From Bradyrhizobium sp. (GTDB taxonomy: Bacteria; Pseudomonadota; Alphaproteobacteria; Rhizobiales; Xanthobacteraceae): a DNA stretch of 38,552 nt. Location of the stretch: assembly GCA_036565985.1 (NCBI GenBank), contig DATCXE010000402.1:1-38552 (forward strand), given 5' to 3'. Both the position numbers and the translations under genes were made by a program. Positions 18,228 to 28,174 of this stretch are shown here, one piece after another (the first letter of the stretch is position 1; each line of letters begins with the position of its first letter). Below the pieces are notes generated by a model that worked only from the letters and a program-made list of their open reading frames with translations, had not been told where the DNA came from and did no database searches.

Positions 18228-19229
18228 ATGAAACGCCGCGACTTCATCAAGTTGAGCGCCGGGCTCGGAGCCACCATGGCGACCGCGGTTCCCCTGTCAT
18301 CTGCATTTGCGCAGACGAAAATGGTGATCAAGGCATCGGACGTTCATCCGCTGGGCTATCCGACGGTCGAAGCCGTCGTCCGGATGGGCAAGAAGCTGGA
18401 AGCCGCCACCAACGGCCGGCTGACGATCCAGATGTTCCCCTCAATGCAGCTCGGCGGCGAAAAGGAGATGATCGAACAGGCTCAGCTCGGCGCGTTGCAG
18501 ATCGCCCGCATTTCGGTCGGCGCCGTGGGCCCAGTCGTGGACGACGTGAACGTGTTCAACATGCCGTTCGTCTTCCGCGACACCAAGCATATGGAGAAGG
18601 TGATCGACGGCGAGATCGGCGATGAATTGCTGGCGAAAATCTCAACGAACGAAAAAACCGGCCTGATCGCGCTGTGCTGGATGAACGCCGGCTCGCGCAA
18701 CGTCTACAACAACAAGCGGCCGATCCGGACCATCGCCGACCTCAAGGGTCTCAAGGTCCGCATGATGGGCAATCCCCTCTTCGTGGACACCATGAACGCG
18801 CTGGGCGGCAACGGCGTCGCCCTCGGCTTCGATCAGGTCTTCAGCTCGATGCAGACCGGTGTGGTCGATGGCGCGGAGAACAATCCGCCCTCGTTCATGG
18901 CGCAGAACCACTATCAGGTTGCCAAATACTTCACGATGACCGAGCACCTGATCATTCCGGAGCTTCTGGTGTTCTCGCGGATCTCCTGGCAGAAGCTTTC
19001 GCCAGATGATCAGGCGCTGATCAAGAAGCTTTCAAAGGAAACGCAGGCCGAGCAGCGCGTGCTCTGGTACGAAGCAGAAAATGCCGCCATCGCGAAGATG
19101 AAGGCCGCCGGGACCGAGATCATCACCAACATCGACAAGAAGCCGTTCCAGGATGCGGTCAAACCGGTCTGGGACAAGTACGGCGCGAAGTACGCCGCCA
19201 TGGTGAAGCGCATCGAAGCGGTGAACTAG
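18228..19229 (+). CDS. dctP: TRAP transporter substrate-binding protein (Tat signal)
   Basis: MKRRDFIK signal, DVHPLGYPT, DLKGLKVR, GVVDGAENN; AGGAGG SD. Confidence 0.93.
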   Translation: MKRRDFIKLSAGLGATMATAVPLSSAFAQTKMVIKASDVHPLGYPTVEAVVRMGKKLEAATNGRLTIQMFPSMQLGGEKEMIEQAQLGALQIARISVGAVGPVVDDVNVFNMPFVFRDTKHMEKVIDGEIGDELLAKISTNEKTGLIALCWMNAGSRNVYNNKRPIRTIADLKGLKVRMMGNPLFVDTMNALGGNGVALGFDQVFSSMQTGVVDGAENNPPSFMAQNHYQVAKYFTMTEHLIIPELLVFSRISWQKLSPDDQALIKKLSKETQAEQRVLWYEAENAAIAKMKAAGTEIITNIDKKPFQDAVKPVWDKYGAKYAAMVKRIEAVN

Positions 19230-19325
19230 GGCTTTACTCGCCGTAGACGAGTGGCCGGACGATGTCCGCTCCAGCCATTCCTCTGACGTTTGCGATTTGA
19301 AGCGCTGGAAATGTCCGAGGTCAAA

Positions 19326-19847
19326 ATGTCCGATTCCGGGGCTGGGGTCTTCCGGCGTGTGGTCGATGCAGTTTACTGGACCGGGGCGGTGGTTGCCTGC
19401 GTGGCGCTCGTCCTGGTTTCGGCAGTCATCCCGTGGGCGGTCTACACCCGATATGTCCTGAACAGTGCTTCGTCCTGGCCTGAGCCGATGGCTGTACTGC
19501 TGACTGTGGGCATTACCTTCATCGGCTCGGCCAACTGCTATCGTCAGCGTATCCACATGAACATGACGGTCGGCACGGATTTGCTGCCGCCATTGCTGCG
19601 CCGCGCCGCACTCCTTCTGAGCGAATTGTTGATGGGCGTGATTGCGATCTTCATGGTCGTTTGGGGACTGAAGCTGGTCCAGACCACCTGGGGCAATTCG
19701 GTGGATGAATTCCCATGGCTGTCGGTTGGGATCACCTATCTGCCGATCGTGGTCAGCGGCGCCATGATGCTCCTGTTCGTCGTCGAACGCCTGACCATCG
19801 GGCCACCGCCCCGTGACGGCGCCGACGCGCATGTACCGGTCGAGTAA
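19326..19847 (+). CDS. dctQ: TRAP transporter small permease
   Basis: Four hydrophobic segments, RYVLNSASSWPE, HMNM. Start is 19326 (GAGG SD) or 19311. Confidence 0.88.
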   Translation: MSDSGAGVFRRVVDAVYWTGAVVACVALVLVSAVIPWAVYTRYVLNSASSWPEPMAVLLTVGITFIGSANCYRQRIHMNMTVGTDLLPPLLRRAALLLSELLMGVIAIFMVVWGLKLVQTTWGNSVDEFPWLSVGITYLPIVVSGAMMLLFVVERLTIGPPPRDGADAHVPVE

Positions 19848-19852
19848 CTCCC

Positions 19853-21142
19853 ATGGATATCGCCGTCCTCCTCCTCAGCATGTGTTTCTTCTTCGCGATC
19901 GGCATGCCGATCGCCTATGCGCTGGCGCTGTCCGCCCTCGTCGGCGCGCTCTGGATCGACCTGCCGGTCGGCGCGGTGATGCAGCAATTGGCCAGCGGCG
20001 TCGGCAAGGTCTCGATGCTGACCATCCCGTTCTTCGTGCTGGCGGGCGCCATCATGGCCGAGGGCGGCATGGCCAGGCGGCTAGTTGACTTTGCGGCCGT
20101 GGTCGTCGGCTTTACGCGAATACGCGGTGGCCTCTCGCAAGTTAACATCCTTGCGACCACGATCATGAGCGGCATCTCCGGATCGTCGGTGGCCGACACG
20201 TCGGCGATCGGCTCGGTGATGATCCCGCAAATGGCCGAGAAAGGATATCCGCGAGTCTTCGCAACCAACGTGACCATCAGCGCCTCGCTGCAAGCGATCA
20301 TCGTGCCGCCAAGCCACAATTCGGTGATCTACTCGCTGGCCACCGGCGGCGTGGTGTCGATCACCAGTCTGTTCCTCGCCGGCGTGCTTCCGGGATTGCT
20401 GCTTGGCTTTTCGCTGATGCTGCTCTGCTTGTTCTACGCCTATCGCGACAAGCATCCAAAGGGGGAGCCTGTCCCGATCCGGCAGGCGGTCAGGATGCTC
20501 CGCGACGCCATATGGGGAATCGTGACGCTCGTCATTGTCCTGGGCGGCATCCTCACCGGCGTATTCACGCCGATCGAGGCCGGTGCGGTCGCCTGCGTCT
20601 GGGCGTTTTTCGTCACCATGTTCGTCTACCGGGACTACAAATGGTCTGAGCTGCCCTTGCTGGTGTACCGAACGCTGCAAACCGTCGCGATGGTGCTGAC
20701 GCTGGTCGCCACCGCATCGTGCTTCGGCTATATCGCTGCCCTGATGCAGATGCCGGCGAAGATGACCGAGTTCTTCGTCGCCATATCGAGCAACAAATAC
20801 GTGCTGCTGATGTGGCTGAACATCATGCTGCTGATTCTGGGAACGGCGCTCGACCTGGCGCCGCTGCTGCTGATCTGCACGCCGATCCTGCTGCCGGTGG
20901 TGAAAAGCTTCGGCATCGACCCCGTGCATTTCGGCATCGTCATGCTGCTCAATCTCGGCATCGGGCTGCTGACGCCGCCGGTAGGGACGACACTGTTCGT
21001 CGGCTGTGCGATCGGCAACGTTTCGGTCGACGAGGTGATGCGCGGCATCTGGCCATTCTACTACGTGATGTTTACGGTACTGATGATCGTGACCTACGTC
21101 CCCTGGCTGTCGCTGGCCCTGCCGAGGATGTTCGGGTTCTAG
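19853..21142 (+). CDS. dctM: TRAP transporter large permease
   Basis: IPFFVLAG, SGSSVAD, IVPPS, GIDPVHFG, TPPVG. Confidence 0.93.
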   Translation: MDIAVLLLSMCFFFAIGMPIAYALALSALVGALWIDLPVGAVMQQLASGVGKVSMLTIPFFVLAGAIMAEGGMARRLVDFAAVVVGFTRIRGGLSQVNILATTIMSGISGSSVADTSAIGSVMIPQMAEKGYPRVFATNVTISASLQAIIVPPSHNSVIYSLATGGVVSITSLFLAGVLPGLLLGFSLMLLCLFYAYRDKHPKGEPVPIRQAVRMLRDAIWGIVTLVIVLGGILTGVFTPIEAGAVACVWAFFVTMFVYRDYKWSELPLLVYRTLQTVAMVLTLVATASCFGYIAALMQMPAKMTEFFVAISSNKYVLLMWLNIMLLILGTALDLAPLLLICTPILLPVVKSFGIDPVHFGIVMLLNLGIGLLTPPVGTTLFVGCAIGNVSVDEVMRGIWPFYYVMFTVLMIVTYVPWLSLALPRMFGF

Positions 21143-21176
21143 AACAGACGCCGGAGTCGCGGCGAGGAGATCCAGC

Positions 21177-21863
21177 GTGAAGATCGTCGACCTCAGCCGT
21201 GAGTTCTATCATCGCACGCCGAGCTATCCCGGCCACCCGCCCGTCATGCACGGCGTCTGGAAGACCCACGAAGAATCCTTTGCCGAGTCCGGTAATGTGC
21301 ATGGATTGGCATCGATGTTCATTTCGATGGCGGACCACGCCGGAACCCACATCGACGCACCCAGACATTTCGGCAAGAGCGGTATCTCGATCGACGAGTA
21401 TCCGCTGGAGAAATGCATCGTGTCGGGCATCTGCATCGACCTGCGCCACATTGCGCCGCGCGCCGAGATTTCGCCCGACGACCTCGCGGCAGCGGTGGCG
21501 AAGGCCGGCGTATCCGTGCCCAAGGGAGGCACTGTGCTGCTCTGCACCGGCCACCACGAGCGCACGTTTCCGCGCAAGGAGTATGCAAGCGACAACTCTG
21601 GGGTGAATGTGGCTGCGACCGAATGGCTGGCGAGGCAGGGCATCGTTCATTTCGGCATCGACTCGATGCGGCCGGGGCCCGAGGGCAGCGTAAATGCCCT
21701 CGTCCACAAGGCCTGCCTCGATCTGGACATCACCCATATCGAGAGCCTGTGCAACCTGGAAGAATTGCTCGGCCGCGGCCAGTTTACCTTCATCGGCCTG
21801 CCGATGAAGTGGCGCGGCGGGACGGCTTCGCCAATTCGCGCTGTGGCGGTGTTCGACATGTGA
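21177..21863 (+). CDS. cyclase family metal-dependent hydrolase (kynurenine formamidase/isatin hydrolase-like)
   Basis: HAGTHIDAPRH fits HxGTHxDxPxH; GID, HIESL, ASPIRAVA; GAGGAG SD with GTG start. Confidence 0.9.
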   Translation: MKIVDLSREFYHRTPSYPGHPPVMHGVWKTHEESFAESGNVHGLASMFISMADHAGTHIDAPRHFGKSGISIDEYPLEKCIVSGICIDLRHIAPRAEISPDDLAAAVAKAGVSVPKGGTVLLCTGHHERTFPRKEYASDNSGVNVAATEWLARQGIVHFGIDSMRPGPEGSVNALVHKACLDLDITHIESLCNLEELLGRGQFTFIGLPMKWRGGTASPIRAVAVFDM

Positions 21864-22064
21864 GGGAGGAGAAGCGCCGAGCCGGTGCGACATCTTCGAC
21901 ATGATCTGTCCGGCCGGCCGCTCAGATCTTCCCTTCCGGCCGTGGCTCGTATAGACGCGCTTCAAAAGCTTGCCTAAACTCATCGAAAATGACGGCCGAC
22001 GCCGATCAAAACGGCACGCATGATCGGGCGGGAAACACCCGTCGACATCAGAGGGGAGGAATTC

Positions 22065-23372
22065 ATGAACCGTTCTTGGCGGGCTGACCGCACTGTCATG
22101 ACTGCGGCTGTCGCAGCGATTTCATTTGCCCTGGTGGCGCCTTCCTCGGCGCAAGAAACCTTCAAGCTCGGTATCGTGACGTTCCTGTCCGGGCCGGCGG
22201 CGGACAGTTTCGGCGTTCCCGCCCGCAACGGCGCGCAATTCGTCATCGACCAGCTGAACAAGGGAGCGGCGCCCTCCCCTTACGAAAAGGTCGGCTTCGG
22301 CGGCATGAAGGTCGAGCCCGTGATCATCGACGAGAACGGCGGCGCCACCAAGCAGGTGCAGGAACTACGCAACCTCTACCAGCGCGACAATGTCGATGTC
22401 GTACTCGGCTATATCGGTTCCGGCGACTGCCTTGCTGTCGCGCCGATCGCCGAAGAACTGAAGAAGATGCTGGTGCTGATGGATTGCGGCACGCCGCGCA
22501 TCTTCGAGGAATCCAAATACAATTATGTGTTCCGGACAGCCGCCCACGCGACGATGGATAATGTCGGCCTCATCAGATACATGAAGGCCAAGAACATCAA
22601 GATGGAGTCGCTGTCGGCGATTAATCAGGACTACGCCTGGGGCCAGGACAGCCGGGCCGACTTCGTCGCCGCAGCCCAACAACTCTATCCCAACGTCAAG
22701 GTTCAGACCGACCTGCTGCCCAAGTTCGGCGCAGGCCAATACGGCACCGAGATATCCGCATTGGTGGGCGCCGGATCGGATGTGGTTTATTCGAGCCTGT
22801 GGGGCGGCGATCTGCAGGCCTTCATCCTGCAGTCGGCTCCCCGCGGGCTGCCGAAACGCAGCCAGCTCGTGCTCAGCGCCGCCGATCACGTGTTGCCGCC
22901 GCTCGGCGACAAGATGCCCGACGGCACCATCATCGGCGCGCGTGGCGCTTATGGCCTGATGTCGCAAAAGTCGCCGCTGAACGATTGGCTGTTCAAGGGA
23001 TATGAAGCCGCCAACGGCGTCTACCCGGTTCAGGCATCCTATCGCATGACACAGGCGATCCTGGGATTGAAGGCGGCGGTCGAGAAGGCCATGAGCAAGA
23101 ACGGCGGCAAGAAGCCTTCCACCGACGAAATGGTCGCGGCCATGACCGGCCTGGAGTGGCAAACGCCCGGCGGTCTCATTCAGATGAAGCTTGCCGACGG
23201 CCATCAGGCGATTCAGCCGATCGCCTTCAGCCGGACAAAATACAATCCGGATCTGAAGCGGGTCGATCTGGTTGACATCCAGTACTTCGCTGCCGAATGC
23301 GTCAATCCTCCTCCGGGCGTCAAGTCGCTCGACTGGATCAAGGGCGGCATGCAGGGCGCCAAGTGCAACTAG
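22065..23372 (+). CDS. branched-chain amino acid-type (LivJ/K-like) ABC substrate-binding protein
   Basis: Signal peptide, KLGIVTFLSGPAA, YVFRT, QDYAWGQD; GGAGGA SD. Confidence 0.9.
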   Translation: MNRSWRADRTVMTAAVAAISFALVAPSSAQETFKLGIVTFLSGPAADSFGVPARNGAQFVIDQLNKGAAPSPYEKVGFGGMKVEPVIIDENGGATKQVQELRNLYQRDNVDVVLGYIGSGDCLAVAPIAEELKKMLVLMDCGTPRIFEESKYNYVFRTAAHATMDNVGLIRYMKAKNIKMESLSAINQDYAWGQDSRADFVAAAQQLYPNVKVQTDLLPKFGAGQYGTEISALVGAGSDVVYSSLWGGDLQAFILQSAPRGLPKRSQLVLSAADHVLPPLGDKMPDGTIIGARGAYGLMSQKSPLNDWLFKGYEAANGVYPVQASYRMTQAILGLKAAVEKAMSKNGGKKPSTDEMVAAMTGLEWQTPGGLIQMKLADGHQAIQPIAFSRTKYNPDLKRVDLVDIQYFAAECVNPPPGVKSLDWIKGGMQGAKCN

Positions 23373-23468
23373 ATGGCGCCAGCGCTCAATGAGCCTGCAA
23401 AGGCGGCGTGTGCCTGAAGTTCGCGCCGCTGATATCTGCCTGCCAATGACTTGCGTGACGCCAACGCC

Positions 23469-24365
23469 ATGAATTTCTTCTTGACGATTGTTCTCGATGG
23501 CCTGATTCAGGCCTCGTGGCTGTTCATCGTCGCCCTCGGCCTGACGCTGGTCTTCGGCGTATTGAAGATACTCAACATCGCCCATGGCAGCTTCTATGCT
23601 CTCGGCGCCTATATCGCGGCGAGTGCGGTCACGATGGTCGCCGCGCAGGGCCTTCCTCCCAGCGTCGGCTTCGTCGCCATGCTGGTCTCCGTGGCCCTGA
23701 TCGCGTCCGCTGTTGGCCTCCTGCTCGAGCGTGGCATCTTGAAGATGTTCTACGGCCGCGACGAGGTGGTGCTTCTACTCGTAACCTATGCCGTGTTTCT
23801 GATCTTCGAAGACGTCACCAAGCTGATCTGGGGTGTCAACCCGATCTATGCGACGCAGCCGTACGAGCTGTTCGGCAACTTCGAGTTCGCCGGGCTCTAT
23901 TACGTCGGCTACGATCTGGTGCTGATACCGATTTCGGCCCTGATCGGCTTCGCGATCTGGTTCGGCCTCAACCGCACCGTGATCGGGAAGATCGTGCTGG
24001 CGGTGATACATAATGAGGAAATGAGCGTCAGCATGGGCGTGCGCGTCAATCGCGTTTATGCGATCGCTTTCGCGTTCGGCGTCCTGCTGGCGGCCCTTGC
24101 AGGCGCCCTGACTGCGCCGAAAATATCGATGCAGCCAGGTCTCAGTTCGGACGTCATCATCTTGAGTTTCGCTATCGTGGTCATCGGCGGCTTGGGCAGT
24201 GTCGAGGGCGCGGCAGTCGGCGCAGTCCTGGTCGGGCTGGCGCGTGCGGCGTCCGTTCACCTGATGCCGCAGGCTGAACTGTTCATGATCTATCTCATCA
24301 TGGCCGCTGTACTGATGTTTCGTCCTGAGGGACTGTTCAAGCGCGAGACGGCAAGGCGGATTTGA
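23469..24365 (+). CDS. branched-chain amino acid ABC permease (LivH-like)
   Basis: ALGLTLVFGVLKILNIAHG, VVIGGLGS, FRPEGLF. Confidence 0.92.
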   Translation: MNFFLTIVLDGLIQASWLFIVALGLTLVFGVLKILNIAHGSFYALGAYIAASAVTMVAAQGLPPSVGFVAMLVSVALIASAVGLLLERGILKMFYGRDEVVLLLVTYAVFLIFEDVTKLIWGVNPIYATQPYELFGNFEFAGLYYVGYDLVLIPISALIGFAIWFGLNRTVIGKIVLAVIHNEEMSVSMGVRVNRVYAIAFAFGVLLAALAGALTAPKISMQPGLSSDVIILSFAIVVIGGLGSVEGAAVGAVLVGLARAASVHLMPQAELFMIYLIMAAVLMFRPEGLFKRETARRI

Positions 24366-24395
24366 TGAAGAAGGACCTTTGATGAAGAAGGACCT
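24361..24395 (+). repeat. perfect 17-bp tandem duplication at the livH/livM junction
   Basis: TTTGATGAAGAAGGACC at 24361-24377 and again at 24378-24394, followed by T. Confidence 0.95.
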
Positions 24396-25374
24396 GCACC
24401 CCCTGGTCATGATCGCACTCGTTGCGGCGGTGACGCTGTTCGGCCGTGTGCTTCCGACCTGGACGCTTTCGCTGGCGACGATTGCTGCCTCCAATGCGCT
24501 GATCGCACTGGGCATCGTGGTGCTGGCTCGCACCGGCAACGTGTCGTTCGGACAGGGCCTGTTCTTCGCCGCCGGTGGCTATGGCGTCGCGTTGATCGCC
24601 AATGCCTGGGGCCTCACCGACGCCGTGGCGCAAGTTATCATCGGCGCGGCATGCGGCGGCCTGCTCGGCCTCGTCATCGGCCCATTGATCGCGCGCTATA
24701 GCGGCATCTTCTTCGGCATGTTGACCCTGGCGCTGTCGATGGTGTTTTACGGCGCGCTCGTGAAGTCGACGGCGCTCGGTGGCTCGGACGGATTCAATGT
24801 GGGGAGGCCGACCCTGTTTGGACTGAGCTTCGCCGATCCGCGGGAAGCCGACTTCATGCTCTATGCCGTCTCGATCATCGTGACCGGGTTTGCCGGCATC
24901 GGCGCGAGCATCCTGTTCCGCTCCGAATTCGGTCTCGCCAGCCTCGCGGTCCGTGAAAACAATCTGCGTGTCGAATATCTGGGCATCTCAGCCAACCGGG
25001 TCATATCGATCAATTTCGTGATCGCTGCGATCTTCGCCGGCGCCAGCGGCGCGTTTGCCCTGATGGCGCAAAGGCATATCGATCCGCAATTCGCATACTG
25101 GACTACCTCAGGCGAGTTCGTTTTCATTGCGGTCCTCGCCGGCAGCCAGAGCGTGGCCGCGGTGTTCGTGGCGTCGATGGCGCTCGAACTGGTCCGTTCG
25201 TTCTCGAACCTCTATTTACCCAATACCTGGCAGCTTGTGCTCGGCGTTTTCCTTCTCGGCGTCATCCTGTTCCTGCCTCGCGGCATCGGTTCGCTCTGGA
25301 TCAAGAACCGGCGCAAGCGGAACACACCGGTGGCCAACGCACCGCTCACTGCCGAGAGAGGAGCCGCTCCGTGA
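24382..25374 (+). CDS. branched-chain amino acid ABC permease (LivM-like)
   Basis: GNVSFGQ, FFGMLTLA, GGSDG, AVRENNLR, FLPRGI. ATG 24382 has an AAGGA SD. Confidence 0.9.
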   Translation: MKKDLHPLVMIALVAAVTLFGRVLPTWTLSLATIAASNALIALGIVVLARTGNVSFGQGLFFAAGGYGVALIANAWGLTDAVAQVIIGAACGGLLGLVIGPLIARYSGIFFGMLTLALSMVFYGALVKSTALGGSDGFNVGRPTLFGLSFADPREADFMLYAVSIIVTGFAGIGASILFRSEFGLASLAVRENNLRVEYLGISANRVISINFVIAAIFAGASGAFALMAQRHIDPQFAYWTTSGEFVFIAVLAGSQSVAAVFVASMALELVRSFSNLYLPNTWQLVLGVFLLGVILFLPRGIGSLWIKNRRKRNTPVANAPLTAERGAAP

Positions 25375-26117
25375 ACCCGGTTCTCTCGGTACGCGGGCTC
25401 GAAAAGCGGTTTGGCGCGGTGGTCGCGGCCGATGCGCTCACCCTCGATATTCCGGCCGGCCAGAAGATCAGCCTGATTGGCGCAAACGGCGCCGGCAAGA
25501 CCACCTTCGTCAACATGGTCACGGGTTACCTGAAGCCAGACAGCGGCTCGATCTCGCTCGACGGGACCGACATCGGCAGGCGCTCGCCGCGAAGCGTGGC
25601 GCGGCTCGGCATTTCGCGTTCCTTCCAGATTCCACAGCTGTTTGTCGAACTCACAGCCGCCGAGAATCTCACCGTGGCCATTTCCGGTGTCGGCACTCAA
25701 ATGTCGCTTCGCGCGCCGGCGGAAGCCCAGGGCCGCCATGATCAGGCCGTTGAACTGCTCGGCCGCTTCGGCCTCGCCGACCTGGCCGATCGTCCGGTTT
25801 CGGAGCTTGCCGGCGGCGTGCGCAAGTTGATCGATATCGCCATGTCACTGGTGCGCCGCCCCAGACTGCTGTTGCTGGACGAGCCAACCTCCGGCGTTTC
25901 CGCCGAAGAGAAATTCGCGACCATGGAGCGCGTGATTCATGCCGTCGCGCCTGATGCTGCGACCCTCGTATTCGTCGAGCATGACATGGAGATCGTCAAC
26001 CGCTATGCCGATCGCGTTGTGGCATTCTATCAGGGCCGGGTTCTGGCCGACGGAGCGCCCTCGGACGTCTTGAAGGATCAGGAAGTTCGCCGCTACGTCA
26101 CCGGAGGCGTGCGATGA
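25371..26117 (+). CDS. ABC ATP-binding protein (LivG-like)
   Basis: GANGAGKTT, RSFQ, LLLDEP, VEHD. Confidence 0.92.
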   Translation: MNPVLSVRGLEKRFGAVVAADALTLDIPAGQKISLIGANGAGKTTFVNMVTGYLKPDSGSISLDGTDIGRRSPRSVARLGISRSFQIPQLFVELTAAENLTVAISGVGTQMSLRAPAEAQGRHDQAVELLGRFGLADLADRPVSELAGGVRKLIDIAMSLVRRPRLLLLDEPTSGVSAEEKFATMERVIHAVAPDAATLVFVEHDMEIVNRYADRVVAFYQGRVLADGAPSDVLKDQEVRRYVTGGVR

Positions 26118-26779
26118 GCGCAGTGACACCATTGCTCGAGATCGACAACCTCGTCGTCGAGATCCAGTCGATGCCGGCATTGCGCGGCTTTTCAATGCAC
26201 GTCGCCAGGGGAGCCATGGTGAGCCTTGTCGGCCGCAACGGTGCGGGCAAGACGACACTGATGCGTTCGATCATGGGACACCTCAAACCCGCCCAGGGCG
26301 TGGTGCGGTTTGACGGCACTGATCTGTCGTCCAGTCCGCGCCATGCGCGCGCTTCGCTTGGGATCGGCTACATGCCGGAGGATCGTTGCCTTGTGCCTCA
26401 ACTCACGGTCGAAGAAAACATCATGCTACCGTTGTGGGTCTCAAAACATCTCGACCGCAAGGCCCGGCTCGATTTCGTCTATGGGGTGATCGGCGAGCTC
26501 ACCGAGATGCGTCAGCGCAAGGCGCTATTGTTGAGCGGCGGGCAGCAGAAGCTGGTCGCCCTCGGCCGAGCGCTTGCCATCGGCACCAAATGCCTGCTCC
26601 TCGACGAGCCCTTCGAAGGCATTGCGCCGGCGCTGTCCGAGCGGCTGTCGGAGGTACTTGCATCGCTCCGGGGTAAGGATCTCACCTTGCTGATGTCGCA
26701 ATCGGACATGAATCATTCACGCGGCCTGATCGACGTCGAATTCACGATCGAGCGCGGCGCCAATCCTCAACCATCCTGA
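26114..26779 (+). CDS. ABC ATP-binding protein (LivF-like)
   Basis: GRNGAGKTT, LSGGQQ, LLLDEP; short C-terminus. Confidence 0.9.
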   Translation: MSAVTPLLEIDNLVVEIQSMPALRGFSMHVARGAMVSLVGRNGAGKTTLMRSIMGHLKPAQGVVRFDGTDLSSSPRHARASLGIGYMPEDRCLVPQLTVEENIMLPLWVSKHLDRKARLDFVYGVIGELTEMRQRKALLLSGGQQKLVALGRALAIGTKCLLLDEPFEGIAPALSERLSEVLASLRGKDLTLLMSQSDMNHSRGLIDVEFTIERGANPQPS

Positions 26780-26845
26780 CATTCCGGACTTGTCGTCGGC
26801 CACCTTCGCAGGACGCCTTACCAGAGACACCCCCTGCGGATCACC

Positions 26846-27592
26846 CTACTTCGGGCCCGATTCGCCTTCACTTCCGGATCCCGCTTCGGCCAATTCGCGA
26901 AGCATCTCGGCATTCAAAACGACAATGGCGCCGTGCTCGAGACGCACCCATTCGTGGCCTGCCCAGGCGCGCAACTGCTTGTTGATGCTCTCCCGGGTCA
27001 TGCCAACCATCTCGCTCATCTCCTGCTGGGTGATCGCGATGGTCCGGCCCTGAGGCGAAGATTTGTGTTTTTCAGTCAGGCGAAGCAACGCGCTGGCCAG
27101 TCTTCCCGGCAGGTTCTGAAGAATGACCTGTTCGACCTGATCGCTGGTCCGGCGAATCCGCGTACACAGCAGCTCGATGAACTTCATCGCGAGCCCCGGC
27201 TGGTTGCGCACGAAGGGTATGAATTCGCGCCTATCAATCGTGAAGAGCTCGCAATTCGTGTTTGCGATAGCATCGGCCGAACGAACCGAATTATCGAGCA
27301 GCGCAATTTCGCCGAAGATCTCTCCGGCCTCGATCAGGTTCAGGATCGCGTTGCGACCGTCCGGCGATGAGATGCTGATCTTCACCGTGCCTGATATCAC
27401 CGCGAACAGGCTGATCCCCGGATCGCCCTTGGAAAAGATCGTGGCTCCCCGCTTCAGCGTGGAATGTTTGGCGTAGCGGCACAGCTGGTCGAACGCCTCG
27501 GGCTCGAGATCGGCAAAATACGGATGCCTTCGCAAGACCGATAGCTTGCTGCTCGAGAATCCGTGAGCTTCACCCGTCCTTTGTTGAGGCAC
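26846..27592 (-). CDS. Crp/Fnr family transcriptional regulator (cNMP-binding type)
   Basis: FGEIALLD...RSADA cNMP pocket, HTH TQQEMSEMVGMTRESINK; no FNR Cys cluster. Start is GTG 27592 or TTG 27601. Confidence 0.92.
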   Translation of the reverse strand: MPQQRTGEAHGFSSSKLSVLRRHPYFADLEPEAFDQLCRYAKHSTLKRGATIFSKGDPGISLFAVISGTVKISISSPDGRNAILNLIEAGEIFGEIALLDNSVRSADAIANTNCELFTIDRREFIPFVRNQPGLAMKFIELLCTRIRRTSDQVEQVILQNLPGRLASALLRLTEKHKSSPQGRTIAITQQEMSEMVGMTRESINKQLRAWAGHEWVRLEHGAIVVLNAEMLRELAEAGSGSEGESGPK

Positions 27593-28174
27593 GACAGTCA
27601 AACTCCAGGGGACGTTACTGAGAATGCAACCCTTCCGTAATCAACGCCGGTCCCCTTTTCAACCGGAAAGCATCCAACCTCGTCGATTTGGTGGCCGCAG
27701 GACATGGCCGAGGAACCTGCAAGCGGACAATCTCGCCAATTAGCCCCGGACCCAGCCGCCAGCAACATCCGTCCGCCGATCAATGCGATAGCGACCTTGG
27801 CTGGCCGAGCGGCGGCTGACCTTGTAGTAGTATAAAGCTTACCAACCGCCCATAAGATGCAAGTTTGCGCCTCGCACGTATGCGGCGGCTGCCACCCCAC
27901 GCGAACCATCACCCGCGGGCATCGCACAGTTCAAGCGGACCTTGGATAACAGACCGCTGGCTACGGGGCGCGGGAAGAATGCTCTACCCAGCGAGATTTC
28001 CATCAGGGAGAAAATCCATGAAGCGATTGGCCTTGCCGGGTGCAGCGCGCTGATGCGTGGCATCGGCCCCCGCACCATGCCAGTCGAGTGCGATATCGGC
28101 CGCAGCAGACGCCCGCTTACCGGTGATTACGAGATACTGCCCGCAGTTGACCGTTCCGGCAAGCTACGCCGCGT

